A model generated the notes under the pieces. It did no database searches, was not told where the DNA came from, and saw only the letters and a list, made by a program, of their open reading frames with translations. A stretch of DNA of 64,000 nucleotides from a virus (taxonomy: Duplodnaviria > Caudoviricetes): positions 9,146 through 73,145 of IMG/VR virus record IMGVR_UViG_3300046131_000022; one strand, written 5' to 3'. A program made the position numbers and the translations under genes. Positions 55,901 through 62,946 of this stretch are shown here, in pieces. The number at the start of each line of letters is the position of its first letter. The first letter of the stretch is position 1.

Positions 55901-56077
55901 ACCTTTACTATTGCTACCCTCTAAAGACTTGATATTTTTATCAATTATGGCTAACTGATCACCCACAGCTTTTGCTGTGTCTCTCAAAGAAATCATTCTT
56001 TGTGTGAGTTGATCAACAGTCCCCAAGGCGTTGCCTTGGAGATTTAAGCCTACATTTATTGGTGTGTTGTTAGCCAT
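49931..56077 (-). CDS. Tape measure protein with lytic transglycosylase domain
   Basis: 2048 aa helical; TP901-type core (FTAIEITEAATTLAQAGFS...SGSTLGTGFR); SLT motifs AQESG, AVGLMQV, AGAKYL, AYYMG. Confidence 0.92.
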   Translation of the reverse strand: MANNTPINVGLNLQGNALGTVDQLTQRMISLRDTAKAVGDQLAIIDKNIKSLEGSNSKGIPTNKTLKNLKQQTELMMTTPDMLAQRFYQNISKAQQASQINSLVNSPMKFQDARTMNTVLQQYDASIVRQALKTRLDLANINGDIQKIKNAEKALVQYKNTLRQLNIEFKGFEFIRREQNASIQNMLNLPAGQAAMQRTIDARQQSQFYSGARESAVQRYMSDPSRLVPANRDYLSNKVGTDQVRKDLEANASKISAAQRLMGQLYLQDPTKNPQITQQLNQYSQLLSKLEEEKVRLQAIQNLRRANVRATDDQIQKLKQSNDLTRTNQRLNDLTQGGLKVNTLSAERIAQLSPDNLIARQMTMTKRLSQAKEVMFQAESLGNAKAKKEAEALAVAYQKELDLIRARNNELNRANRPNSFVDRLNQMNTGESSGALLGMQGLLMRNYMLWGAFMGSITGSYAFLRDFEVALKQTQAISQATDTQMQGLKNSILEVGENSRFTAIEITEAATTLAQAGFSLAEIQKTLESVTLLATATGSSLKETVDIATASLGAFQLSADNMPRIVNQITQAMNLSKLDIQKFQLAVQYAGNAASDAGLNFEELLASVSTVANAGVRSGSTLGTGFRQLLTDLIAPSAKFEKILSRLGLTTADIDVRTNGLVGSLKKLKEAGFSTADAYESFEVRSVAFYTALANNLDTYDNLSANLDNNTAAMEANEIQMNSLGAQTDRMFNQFKALAEVAGGGVRQSLTDLFNVVGDVTTILVDATNNGVVRFTIQTTTMGVALGGATILVRGMVGAIAGLVTAIRAGSAAIALTNPIIMGLSVVISAAILGFQLFKKSNQDLKIAVEDSKTSLNNLKDGSTSLQGAITEVTNKLTSLESRFENIKDDPAALAVEMSNLRTKAMELGVTLETDLTGSIDSVKKGWQELRVELGKELEMNLDRQVSELRNLSALTAQMRAEEARKNLPTSISGANKGGYGLIYDAYNLKKQSGLAPQNPSGDAATEFFTLMGAFNNQATSLDVFNEVAKFNKGGASGTDMNKMLENLHADLMTPQASDEVMRKAPEWLKTANLLLTNLNKARDGYLKAANNTKVALDARANARVSADSVTNLAKTVQDIQTYLNSISGPLLQAESTDNQARSQGYENTLNQQLLDGSLQQQYKVKWGKALSVVDPTKAKAVSSENLRFLREDLMGFVNEAAAQTGLPPEYIIAHMAQESGISKDKGLLGKNPDGSTTSAVGLMQVTRGAALDVGSNYSTISSSYKDNILAGAKYLKKMMDSTDGTLYSASRAYYMGLGNWQKEQKNGSNKRSGEANSYTKGIFSTVNAIQKGSFGNVVLQQNKLPEQVAENVTQSQILKSYHDEVVAQLNQLPKDVNKMTDDQKEKYKELIAHEKAISKKMADVSASVNNTLRSARAEQDQVRKESLERLTLQSELLQNQIVEVDAQLKDKFDPQTDGNLKAFNKKQDELSAKSKQLKQDQARIKVEMEQLQAADYGANSTDFVISKSIAAVAQIRLDRELSSINKDLDTKRKARLKESAKAFADMVKDQNKQFVDDFKSEMQALDEPFQDALTINAFNKQQSTWKIEDELGITDMRNRRTAMDDPRFKNQFTDAERKDLDLAIQTQSSRVDEVNQNYIMAERDITLQQIQKIQDKISESEIKFKEFELQQNLNLDSNLSADELSMMKTAQQKEMDKVSRDIQKHKTDLLKLQETARNLDNELSAKAADNTADRYNMADTFKSISGEAVRMDKSAAGYERDIQTTIGGINSAFNNLINTAISASDNVDDFFKIITGGSSESREAFKAFGYDIISTIAKVVQNRMVNKFVDMMVGFIFGGAPTSSSAALSGQMMGQNASSANNGSQWWNVGLSALVQAGVGAFTGWYGGLGSGGAQAAGVQSSGATTQGLGAGWNDSGITSQSVINNQGGFIPMAEGGEVIGGIPNKDSVPIMSMPGEYYLPTKSTEVVGRSFLNKLKDDPNGVMDAIKGTNLGNRPQINKSVQSNIYMVAPSAVPSTIGANDIVVAVSDNIARNGELKQLIKQVNAE

Positions 56078-56483
56078 TCTGTTTGTTCCTTTTAAACCAA
56101 GCTGAAACTTGATTTACATCGTTTAATACAGGTAAGTTTTTAAAATTTTCACTTATTGTATCATCCGACTTGGAACTTGTACCTAATAAGTTTTTAGCCA
56201 ACAGAACTAAAATTTCTTGTCCTTGAATGAATGTCACATGTTTTTCTTGGATATAGAGTTTCATTTTAACTTCTATATCCTCAATGGTGACTGTCCACAA
56301 GAAAGAATTTAGATCTGAAAAATTTATTTGGTATATTAAACAGATTACTTCGTGGAAGTTGAGTTCTGCAAACCACTCAACGTATTGCTTAATTCTGTCG
56401 CCTTGGGTATCGCTTGCTGCAGTGCTGTCGCTATCTGTTCGGCTTCTTTCAACATAAAATTTAATGTTCTTTGACGCACCCAA
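56070..56483 (-). CDS. Tail assembly chaperone T portion (likely -1 frameshift product)
   Basis: In the -1 frame of upstream chaperone, overlaps it by 139 nt, no own RBS evident; precedes TMP. Confidence 0.65.
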   Translation of the reverse strand: MGASKNIKFYVERSRTDSDSTAASDTQGDRIKQYVEWFAELNFHEVICLIYQINFSDLNSFLWTVTIEDIEVKMKLYIQEKHVTFIQGQEILVLLAKNLLGTSSKSDDTISENFKNLPVLNDVNQVSAWFKRNKQNG

Positions 56484-56752
56484 CCGACGATTTCTTCCAT
56501 TTCGTCGTCTAGCAAATCGTCTTCTTCAAATTTATCTAAAACCTCAATTAAGGGTTTGCCTGAGATTTCTTTACCATAAAGTAAAAAACCTACTGCTGTA
56601 ATTTTAAAAGCTTCTGAAGAAATATATTGTTGAATGTCTTCATTATTAATGTTTAAAAATAAACGATAACGCATGGCTGCAGAAAACTTTAATTCTCTTA
56701 ATTGACCACCAACTTTAAAACTTTTTACACCTGAGTCAATTGGTTCAGACAT
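56345..56752 (-). CDS. Tail assembly chaperone G
   Basis: Upstream of TMP; in-frame A-AAT-TTT slippery heptamer at 56462-56456. Confidence 0.7.
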   Translation of the reverse strand: MSEPIDSGVKSFKVGGQLRELKFSAAMRYRLFLNINNEDIQQYISSEAFKITAVGFLLYGKEISGKPLIEVLDKFEEDDLLDDEMEEIVGWVRQRTLNFMLKEAEQIATALQQAIPKATELSNTLSGLQNSTSTK

Positions 56753-56759
56753 ATTAGAA

Positions 56760-56804
56760 CTCCAAAATAAATAAAACCCACGCTTGGGTGGGTTTTATTA
56801 TACA
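56760..56804 (-). repeat. 45-bp direct repeat, copy 1 (-10 + terminator + RBS)
   Basis: Minus strand TGTATAATAAAACCCACCCAAGCGTGGGTTTTATTTATTTTGGAG; identical to 57125-57169. Confidence 0.95.
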
Positions 56805-56811
56805 CAAATTT

Positions 56812-57117
56812 TTAGAAATTGGTTGGTTGAGCCACTGCACGAACCAAATACATTAGAGCTGTTTGGAAATCTGTTTTTGCCAAAGCTGTAAAACGTTCAG
56901 GTGTAGCATCTTCAAGACGATCAAAGGTTGCTTGATCCGTAATTTCTTGGAATTGTTCATTTATGCAACAATTATCACGTTGTTCTTTTACGTGTTTTTG
57001 AACCTTAATAATTACTTCTTCAATTTTAGGACCAAGTTCTTTAATTTCATTCATCAATGCAATTTCTTCCGCATTGAGTTCACGATAACCTGTAATTTTA
57101 CGATGTTGGTTTTCCAT
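56812..57117 (-). CDS. acb2: Anti-CBASS protein Acb2 (cyclic-oligonucleotide sponge)
   Basis: MENQHRKITGYRELNAEEIALMNEIKELG...RFTALAKTDFQTALMYLVRAVAQP closely matches the Acb2 pattern incl. Y11 and K26; GGAG 7 nt before ATG 57117. Confidence 0.88.
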   Translation of the reverse strand: MENQHRKITGYRELNAEEIALMNEIKELGPKIEEVIIKVQKHVKEQRDNCCINEQFQEITDQATFDRLEDATPERFTALAKTDFQTALMYLVRAVAQPTNF

Positions 57118-57124
57118 TTTCACG

Positions 57125-57169
57125 CTCCAAAATAAATAAAACCCACGCTTGGGTGGGTTTTATTATACA
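57125..57169 (-). repeat. 45-bp direct repeat, copy 2
   Basis: Identical to 56760-56804. Confidence 0.95.
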
Positions 57170-57174
57170 TACTT

Positions 57175-57972
57175 TTAGGTGATCATGAACAACTTTGATT
57201 TTTCATGTTCAACATACAAATCATAACCTGCATCTTTACGTGTTAATGCCATTGCTGTCGCTTGGAACTGCATGTTGGCATAGTCAGCAACACCAAAAGT
57301 TAAGTTAAGTCCAGAGGTAATTTGGATCTTTGGAGCTACCAAGATAATCGGGTTACAATGTACATCGGCAGAAACTACTTTAGCTGAAAAATAGTTTGCA
57401 CCTGAACAGCTATCAGCATCGTTTGTATTAATTAAAGTTGATTTTACAACTTTATCACCAACCGCTACTGCAGCAACCAGTGGGCGATCCAAAGTAATAA
57501 CTTTTTCTGCGATTGATTTAATTTTGTAAGCCAAACCGTCTGAATTGCCATTGATTGGGGAGATAACAATCCAATCATCTTGAACCAAGCCTGTAGCTAC
57601 ATCGACTGTAATCGTTTCTTCACTGACCGAGGTTGGTGCAGTAATTGTTGCCTTAATACGTGGAGCCGTTGGGTCTGCTGTGTAACCTGCTTGACCTAAA
57701 GCATACATAATAGTTCGTGGGTTATATTCGTAACCATTACCTGCAAGCTGCCAGTCGTCGTTTGTTAATTGTTGGTGAACAATTTCTTGGCGTGGACCTT
57801 GCGTTAGTGGTTGAAATGTTTTTGCGTTTGTTACGGCTAAGTTTTTAAATAAACCTAAGCTATGTTCTTCTTCTGTTAAGTCCATTGCTGAACCTAAAGG
57901 TCCGATCATTAATGTAGCTTCGTTTAGTACAAAACCGTCGCCTAAAGCTGCACCAAAGTTTTGAGCTGTCAT
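57175..57972 (-). CDS. Major tail protein
   Basis: 265 aa, biased codons, position before chaperones and TMP; GAGGA RBS. Confidence 0.72.
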   Translation of the reverse strand: MTAQNFGAALGDGFVLNEATLMIGPLGSAMDLTEEEHSLGLFKNLAVTNAKTFQPLTQGPRQEIVHQQLTNDDWQLAGNGYEYNPRTIMYALGQAGYTADPTAPRIKATITAPTSVSEETITVDVATGLVQDDWIVISPINGNSDGLAYKIKSIAEKVITLDRPLVAAVAVGDKVVKSTLINTNDADSCSGANYFSAKVVSADVHCNPIILVAPKIQITSGLNLTFGVADYANMQFQATAMALTRKDAGYDLYVEHEKSKLFMIT

Positions 57973-58032
57973 ACATTCCTCATCATTTTTATAACTATAG
58001 ATAGTCTTGCCAAATTATAAACAAAATTGTAT

Positions 58033-58536
58033 CTATGCACCACCTTTTTCATTTAGTCTTTGAGGACTTAGCATTGTCACAGATACCGCTTTAAACGACC
58101 TAGAATCGTTTCTTGTGATGGTCATTGTTTCATAATCATCAGAATATACAAGAACACCCTTAACTATATTTAAAGAATCTTGCTGAAATATATCTATTGT
58201 TGTTCTGCAAGGTTTTCTTTTGGCAATATCTAACATTAATTCATTTAAATATATTGTTTCTAAACGAGTAAAATTTACGTCATTTACAACACTAAACCCT
58301 AAAAGCATTTCATGATAGTCGCCATAAACATCACTATCTGCCATTAATGTCCAGTCGGATATAAAGATAAAATCCCCTGCAGGTAATTTTGCAAAATCCA
58401 CAACACTATCTAAATTTAACACTGCTAATTCAGGTAAATTATATTTAGCAGAAATTCTTTTCCCTAAATCACCCAAATATTTCAGTAAACTAACATAAAC
58501 GTCAGCATATTCATAAGCTCTGGTTACTATAGCCAT
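58033..58536 (-). CDS. Putative tail terminator
   Basis: 167 aa directly upstream of major tail gene; synteny only. Confidence 0.45.
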   Translation of the reverse strand: MAIVTRAYEYADVYVSLLKYLGDLGKRISAKYNLPELAVLNLDSVVDFAKLPAGDFIFISDWTLMADSDVYGDYHEMLLGFSVVNDVNFTRLETIYLNELMLDIAKRKPCRTTIDIFQQDSLNIVKGVLVYSDDYETMTITRNDSRSFKAVSVTMLSPQRLNEKGGA

Positions 58537-59510
58537 TAGACCTTTCCTATTAATTTGCGAGCCAATGGAACCATAACTTTGTTGAAGTAATATCTCATAT
58601 ATGGTTGAATTAACGCTCTTTGTTGTCTTTTACCTTTTGAAAAATAATATAGTTTATTTTTCAACTTCAAATCTCTCACATAAATAGTTTGACCTGATCT
58701 TGTAACCTCAACCCTTTTCCTACCTGGTAAAGTGTACTGTGCCCGACCCCCAACAATTTCACCAATAAAATCCTCTGGCGAAGGTCTTAAACCATCTAGG
58801 TTGTCTTGGACATATTTAGCAAAACCATTGAACACATTAAAGGAAACAGATCTTTTCATGTTCGCCAAGTATCTGTTGTCCATCACTGTTCCAGAAGCCT
58901 TTCTTGGATGTTTATCTGTATATGTGACAGTTGGAGTAATTCCTGCATAAAAAAAATCATAACCTAAAGAGTTTCCCCCTAAGTTTTGCCCTATGGCTGG
59001 TATCGCTCTAAATAAAATATCATCTTTTTTGCGACTACTAATTTTTTTTGATTCATGAAAACCTGTTTGTGGATTAATTGTTGATCTATATCCAAAGGTG
59101 TTCCCACTCATACGAGTAAACTCGGTAGATCTTTGTTTTAATATGTTTTTTAAAGACCCAGAATACTCCCACATATTAGCAGTTTTTAATCTTCCTTGTT
59201 TCACTAAAGATTTTTTTCTTCTGAGATATTTTTTATTTAGTGGTTTCCATTCTTGCCCTTGAGGTATATGTGACTGTAAAAAACTAGGGGTTTTCATGTT
59301 CGTACCTATAACTGGTGACGCTCTAAACCCTTGGGTTTCAGCACCTACAGCCATAGCTCTGAAAACTTTTTGAGCAGCCCTATCCATTTCACGAGCAAAA
59401 TCACCTGTAGCGTTTAAGATTCTTTCATCCAAGGATTGATTAAACCTTCCTTCTATAGTTAAAAGAAGATTATCCATTCCTGTGACTTCTACATAGGATT
59501 TTTTAGCCAT
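58536..59510 (-). CDS. Putative tail completion/neck protein, basic
   Basis: 324 aa; W.PL..KY..RK...G and LIQPY motifs like HK97 gp10-type proteins; synteny. Confidence 0.4.
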   Translation of the reverse strand: MAKKSYVEVTGMDNLLLTIEGRFNQSLDERILNATGDFAREMDRAAQKVFRAMAVGAETQGFRASPVIGTNMKTPSFLQSHIPQGQEWKPLNKKYLRRKKSLVKQGRLKTANMWEYSGSLKNILKQRSTEFTRMSGNTFGYRSTINPQTGFHESKKISSRKKDDILFRAIPAIGQNLGGNSLGYDFFYAGITPTVTYTDKHPRKASGTVMDNRYLANMKRSVSFNVFNGFAKYVQDNLDGLRPSPEDFIGEIVGGRAQYTLPGRKRVEVTRSGQTIYVRDLKLKNKLYYFSKGKRQQRALIQPYMRYYFNKVMVPLARKLIGKV

Positions 59511-60089
59511 TTATACATCCACGGTTTTGTATTCTGCCCGAACTATATATAAACCATAGTCCTGTTTTACTTCTCGTATTAGAAATGGTCCAACAATATC
59601 TGCTGCTTTTAACTCGTCTGTACTATATATAGTTAAAAACTGTGTTGGGTTCATATCATCATAAGGTGGTTTAGAATCCCACAAAACGCTAATATTTATT
59701 TTACCCATATTTGTGTATGTTGATTTTCCTGTGTCTAAACCAGTTACAGGGTGTTTTTCTGTTATTTGTCTTAACCAATCTTGTTTTTCATGGGTGACTT
59801 CGTAAGCTCTGTATGTTCTGTCGTCACGATACAGCATAAAAGAACCCATAATGTATATTGCTTTTGATCTTCCTACGCTTTGTATTTGTTTTCCTTGAAC
59901 ATTTACAGCTTTACCAGAGGTTTCGATTAATCTAACAACTGAATTATTTGAGTAACGAATATCCTCTGGGGGTTCATGTAATAACGCTAAAAGAACAATC
60001 TTTTTGTTTTCAACCAAGCGGAATTTTTCTTTATGGGGTTGTTTATTTACTAAAGGAATAGCCATTTTTAAGCTCCCCCTGTTGCCCAA
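59511..60089 (-). CDS. Putative head closure protein
   Basis: Synteny between adaptor and neck genes. Confidence 0.4.
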   Translation of the reverse strand: MGNRGSLKMAIPLVNKQPHKEKFRLVENKKIVLLALLHEPPEDIRYSNNSVVRLIETSGKAVNVQGKQIQSVGRSKAIYIMGSFMLYRDDRTYRAYEVTHEKQDWLRQITEKHPVTGLDTGKSTYTNMGKINISVLWDSKPPYDDMNPTQFLTIYSTDELKAADIVGPFLIREVKQDYGLYIVRAEYKTVDV

Positions 60090-60778
60090 TTATACATAGG
60101 AACAAATTGTAGAGCAGCTACGCTTGTTAAAATCTCTGGTTCGAGAAATTCTTCGAGTTCATCAAGTAGTGCTGCTTTTTTACCATTTAAAAATTCTAAA
60201 AAATCTTCTAAATTATCAGCATCGCCGAAGCGTGTAACTTCACCATTTTCGGTTGTTCGTTTTTTATCTATGCGAATAATTAAGCTTGGTGCTAAGTCGA
60301 TAGCTTCAATAATTGAAATCAAATCACCAAATAGTTTTGTAAGATATTGATTTGATTGTCTTTTTATGTGAAAATCATTAATAAATATGTTGTATAAATT
60401 TAAATATTTTCCTTCCAAATCCATTTCTTGATCTGTTAATTCTGAAGAACCTAAACCTAGAAAAGATCTAACATCATCACCTGTTGCTGGAATATCTAAA
60501 ACATCCACAACCCCAAAGTTTTCTCTATAAGTCATTTGACCTATTTCTGTTGGTATGGTGAACAAAACCGAAACCACCTTTAATTGTCCTGAAACAACAT
60601 CGGGTGTTTGTATTGGTAAAATAATACTACTTGAATTAACTTGTGGGATTTGACTGTTTGTTGTTACTCCATCAGTTCGGATTGATAATTTACCTTCTGA
60701 GGTTGGTACTGTGTATTCAGCACCAACGATAATTGGGACATCAATGTTGTGAGTATCGTTTGGTGCTAAATATCGCAT
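60068..60778 (-). CDS. Putative head-tail adaptor
   Basis: T.DDVRSFLGL...EL.D..M motif typical of adaptors; synteny. Confidence 0.5.
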   Translation of the reverse strand: MRYLAPNDTHNIDVPIIVGAEYTVPTSEGKLSIRTDGVTTNSQIPQVNSSSIILPIQTPDVVSGQLKVVSVLFTIPTEIGQMTYRENFGVVDVLDIPATGDDVRSFLGLGSSELTDQEMDLEGKYLNLYNIFINDFHIKRQSNQYLTKLFGDLISIIEAIDLAPSLIIRIDKKRTTENGEVTRFGDADNLEDFLEFLNGKKAALLDELEEFLEPEILTSVAALQFVPMYNWATGGA

Positions 60779-60795
60779 AATTTTTCCTTAGTTAT

Positions 60796-61209
60796 TTACT
60801 CGGTTGGTTGTTCTGTTGTTTGCTCTGTTGGTTTTACTTTACGTGTTGTTTTCGGTTTATTTTCTTCCATTTCTGTTTCTGAGGTGTCTTCTGATTTAGA
60901 ACTTAAAGCTTCTGCTGCAAAACGGTGAATATTAGCAAAATAATCTTCAGAAGATTCATTTTCAACATCACGAGGTTTATCTCTTTCCATTTCACGGACT
61001 AATTGATAAAAATCTACTGAGTTAATCTTTTCGTCAATTTTTACACCTTCTAATTTTGTTATCAAACCTAAAGCTAAATTATTTCTAACTTCCACAGTTT
61101 GATCATCTGCAAGGGCGTATTGGGTTCCACCTACACACATTCGACCTTCTAAAAATCGTGCTGTACCTATTTTCGGAGTAATTAAGATCTTGCTCATTTT
61201 GAAATCCAT
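60796..61209 (-). CDS. Hypothetical protein, head module
   Basis: 137 aa with low-complexity acidic tail. Confidence 0.6.
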   Translation of the reverse strand: MDFKMSKILITPKIGTARFLEGRMCVGGTQYALADDQTVEVRNNLALGLITKLEGVKIDEKINSVDFYQLVREMERDKPRDVENESSEDYFANIHRFAAEALSSKSEDTSETEMEENKPKTTRKVKPTEQTTEQPTE

Positions 61210-61227
61210 TGGTTAAACATTATTTGA

Positions 61228-61269
61228 ATTATAGCAAATAAAAACCCCCTTTAAAGGGGGTTTTTATTT
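61228..61269 (-). terminator. Capsid-gene terminator with adjacent extended -10
   Basis: 34-bp perfect palindrome 61236-69; TGCTATAAT on minus strand at 61236-61228. Confidence 0.8.
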
Positions 61270-61286
61270 ATCTTACCTAAGAAAGA

Positions 61287-62492
61287 TTAGGTCCAAGTAA
61301 GTAAGCGTCGAGAATCACCGTAGGCTAAGGTGAAACCAGAGATTACTGAGTGAGTATAGAGAATTGTTTGGCTCTTAATCACTCGTTCCATTTCGTCAAT
61401 CTGAGACTTGGTTTTGATTAAACGCTCTAAAGTTTCGTTTTTACGATAACCTAAGATTTGTTTTTCTTCCAAACCACTAGAAATAACCACTGTTAGGTTA
61501 AGGTTAACGCCGTTTGCCAAACGGACAGACATTTGAGCAAATTGGCTTTGTGAGTTTGCAACACCACCTAAACCTACTGCAGCGTTACCTGCAGCATCTA
61601 CCACAGGGAACATGTATTGTAAATCAAGGATTGTGTCCCAACCTACAACAAGAGTGTCGATAGGGCGACCTGCTCGTGCTGCTGCAATCAACCATTTCAT
61701 GAAACCTTCCGCACGTTGGCGAATGTTTGTTCCAGCTTTTCCGTCAATGGTGTCAAGATTATCTACAGGTGCAGGTCCTTTAGCATCCCCTACAGTCGGT
61801 ACTTCACCTTCAATGAGCATTTGAACTGCTACTTTGTGTTCTGTTTGACTGCGCTCAAATTCAATACGGTTTGCAAACGGTACTAAAATGTCTGGAGTCA
61901 TGTCAGTAGCAACTTCATAAGAAATTTCAATACCATGACCTGTTTTATAAAAACGAACTGCTGTTTGAGTTGTTTTCAAAGTACGAACAGGAATATTTGC
62001 ACCTTCAGCAATACGGAAAGTTCCGTAAGAATCTTTAGATGCAGCATCGTATTCAATTTCTTTTTGGAGTTCGTTGCTTTTAACCATTCGTGTTTGAGCA
62101 ATTAAGTCTTCAACACGCTCAATGATTGGGGCATTTTTTTGGGCACGAAGCAAGTTGTTCATTAATGAAGGTAAAAGAATTTTTAAACCTTCATTCGTGA
62201 AGAATGATGTAGAACTTGCTGCGAAAGCTGCGATTGCTGCATTGTCACGCAAAACAAGAGGTACACCCAAAGCTTGGAAAATTGCTTCATTACCGTTTAA
62301 ACCATGAACTGGTTCAACCATTTGGTGTAATGTTGCATCTAAACCATAGCCGATTTGGTTTGCATCATGTAATAAAGCTAAAGCATTGGCTTGCGCTTGG
62401 CTTCGTTCACTGTGTTGTAATTTTGCAATTACATCTACAGCAGACATTTTTTTATTATGTTCAAAGAATTTTAAGTTTACTGGTGCTGGCAT
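61287..62492 (-). CDS. Major capsid protein (HK97 fold inferred)
   Basis: 401 aa, strongly biased codons, IAEGANIP...K.GHGIEISYE pattern, followed by strong terminator. Confidence 0.75.
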   Translation of the reverse strand: MPAPVNLKFFEHNKKMSAVDVIAKLQHSERSQAQANALALLHDANQIGYGLDATLHQMVEPVHGLNGNEAIFQALGVPLVLRDNAAIAAFAASSTSFFTNEGLKILLPSLMNNLLRAQKNAPIIERVEDLIAQTRMVKSNELQKEIEYDAASKDSYGTFRIAEGANIPVRTLKTTQTAVRFYKTGHGIEISYEVATDMTPDILVPFANRIEFERSQTEHKVAVQMLIEGEVPTVGDAKGPAPVDNLDTIDGKAGTNIRQRAEGFMKWLIAAARAGRPIDTLVVGWDTILDLQYMFPVVDAAGNAAVGLGGVANSQSQFAQMSVRLANGVNLNLTVVISSGLEEKQILGYRKNETLERLIKTKSQIDEMERVIKSQTILYTHSVISGFTLAYGDSRRLLTWT

Positions 62493-62506
62493 GTTTATGT
62501 CCCCGA

Positions 62507-62905
62507 TTATAGTTTAATTACGCCAACGAAACCTTCACTTGAGTCTGGTTCCGATACAAAAAAGCGTAAATCTGTAGATGGTGTCCCTGCTTTGACCAAA
62601 CCTGCTTCCGCACCTGGTACTAAGGTGTCACCTGCTTTGAAGACTTCGTTTACTGCACAATCAAGACGCATACCACCTGACATGAGTACGTTGACGTAAA
62701 CATCACCATTCATTTCGACTTCAACTGTTTCAATACGCCCCAAAATTGGATCTGTATTTTCCACAAGTTTAACCAAGTTTTTATCTGCACCCATTACGAG
62801 TGTTACTGCTTTACCGTCGTCACCTTTTTTAATGCCTTCAGCTTTAAAAGTGAAGCGTGTTTCACGGAACGGTAAACCAACTGTTGAAGGTTCAAAACCA
62901 GCCAT
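62507..62905 (-). CDS. Head decoration/cement protein
   Basis: 132 aa Gly-rich between protease and capsid; GAGGA RBS. Confidence 0.55.
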   Translation of the reverse strand: MAGFEPSTVGLPFRETRFTFKAEGIKKGDDGKAVTLVMGADKNLVKLVENTDPILGRIETVEVEMNGDVYVNVLMSGGMRLDCAVNEVFKAGDTLVPGAEAGLVKAGTPSTDLRFFVSEPDSSEGFVGVIKL

Positions 62906-62946
62906 GTTTATATCCTCTTATTTATTTTGTTGATAATAACTAACTT

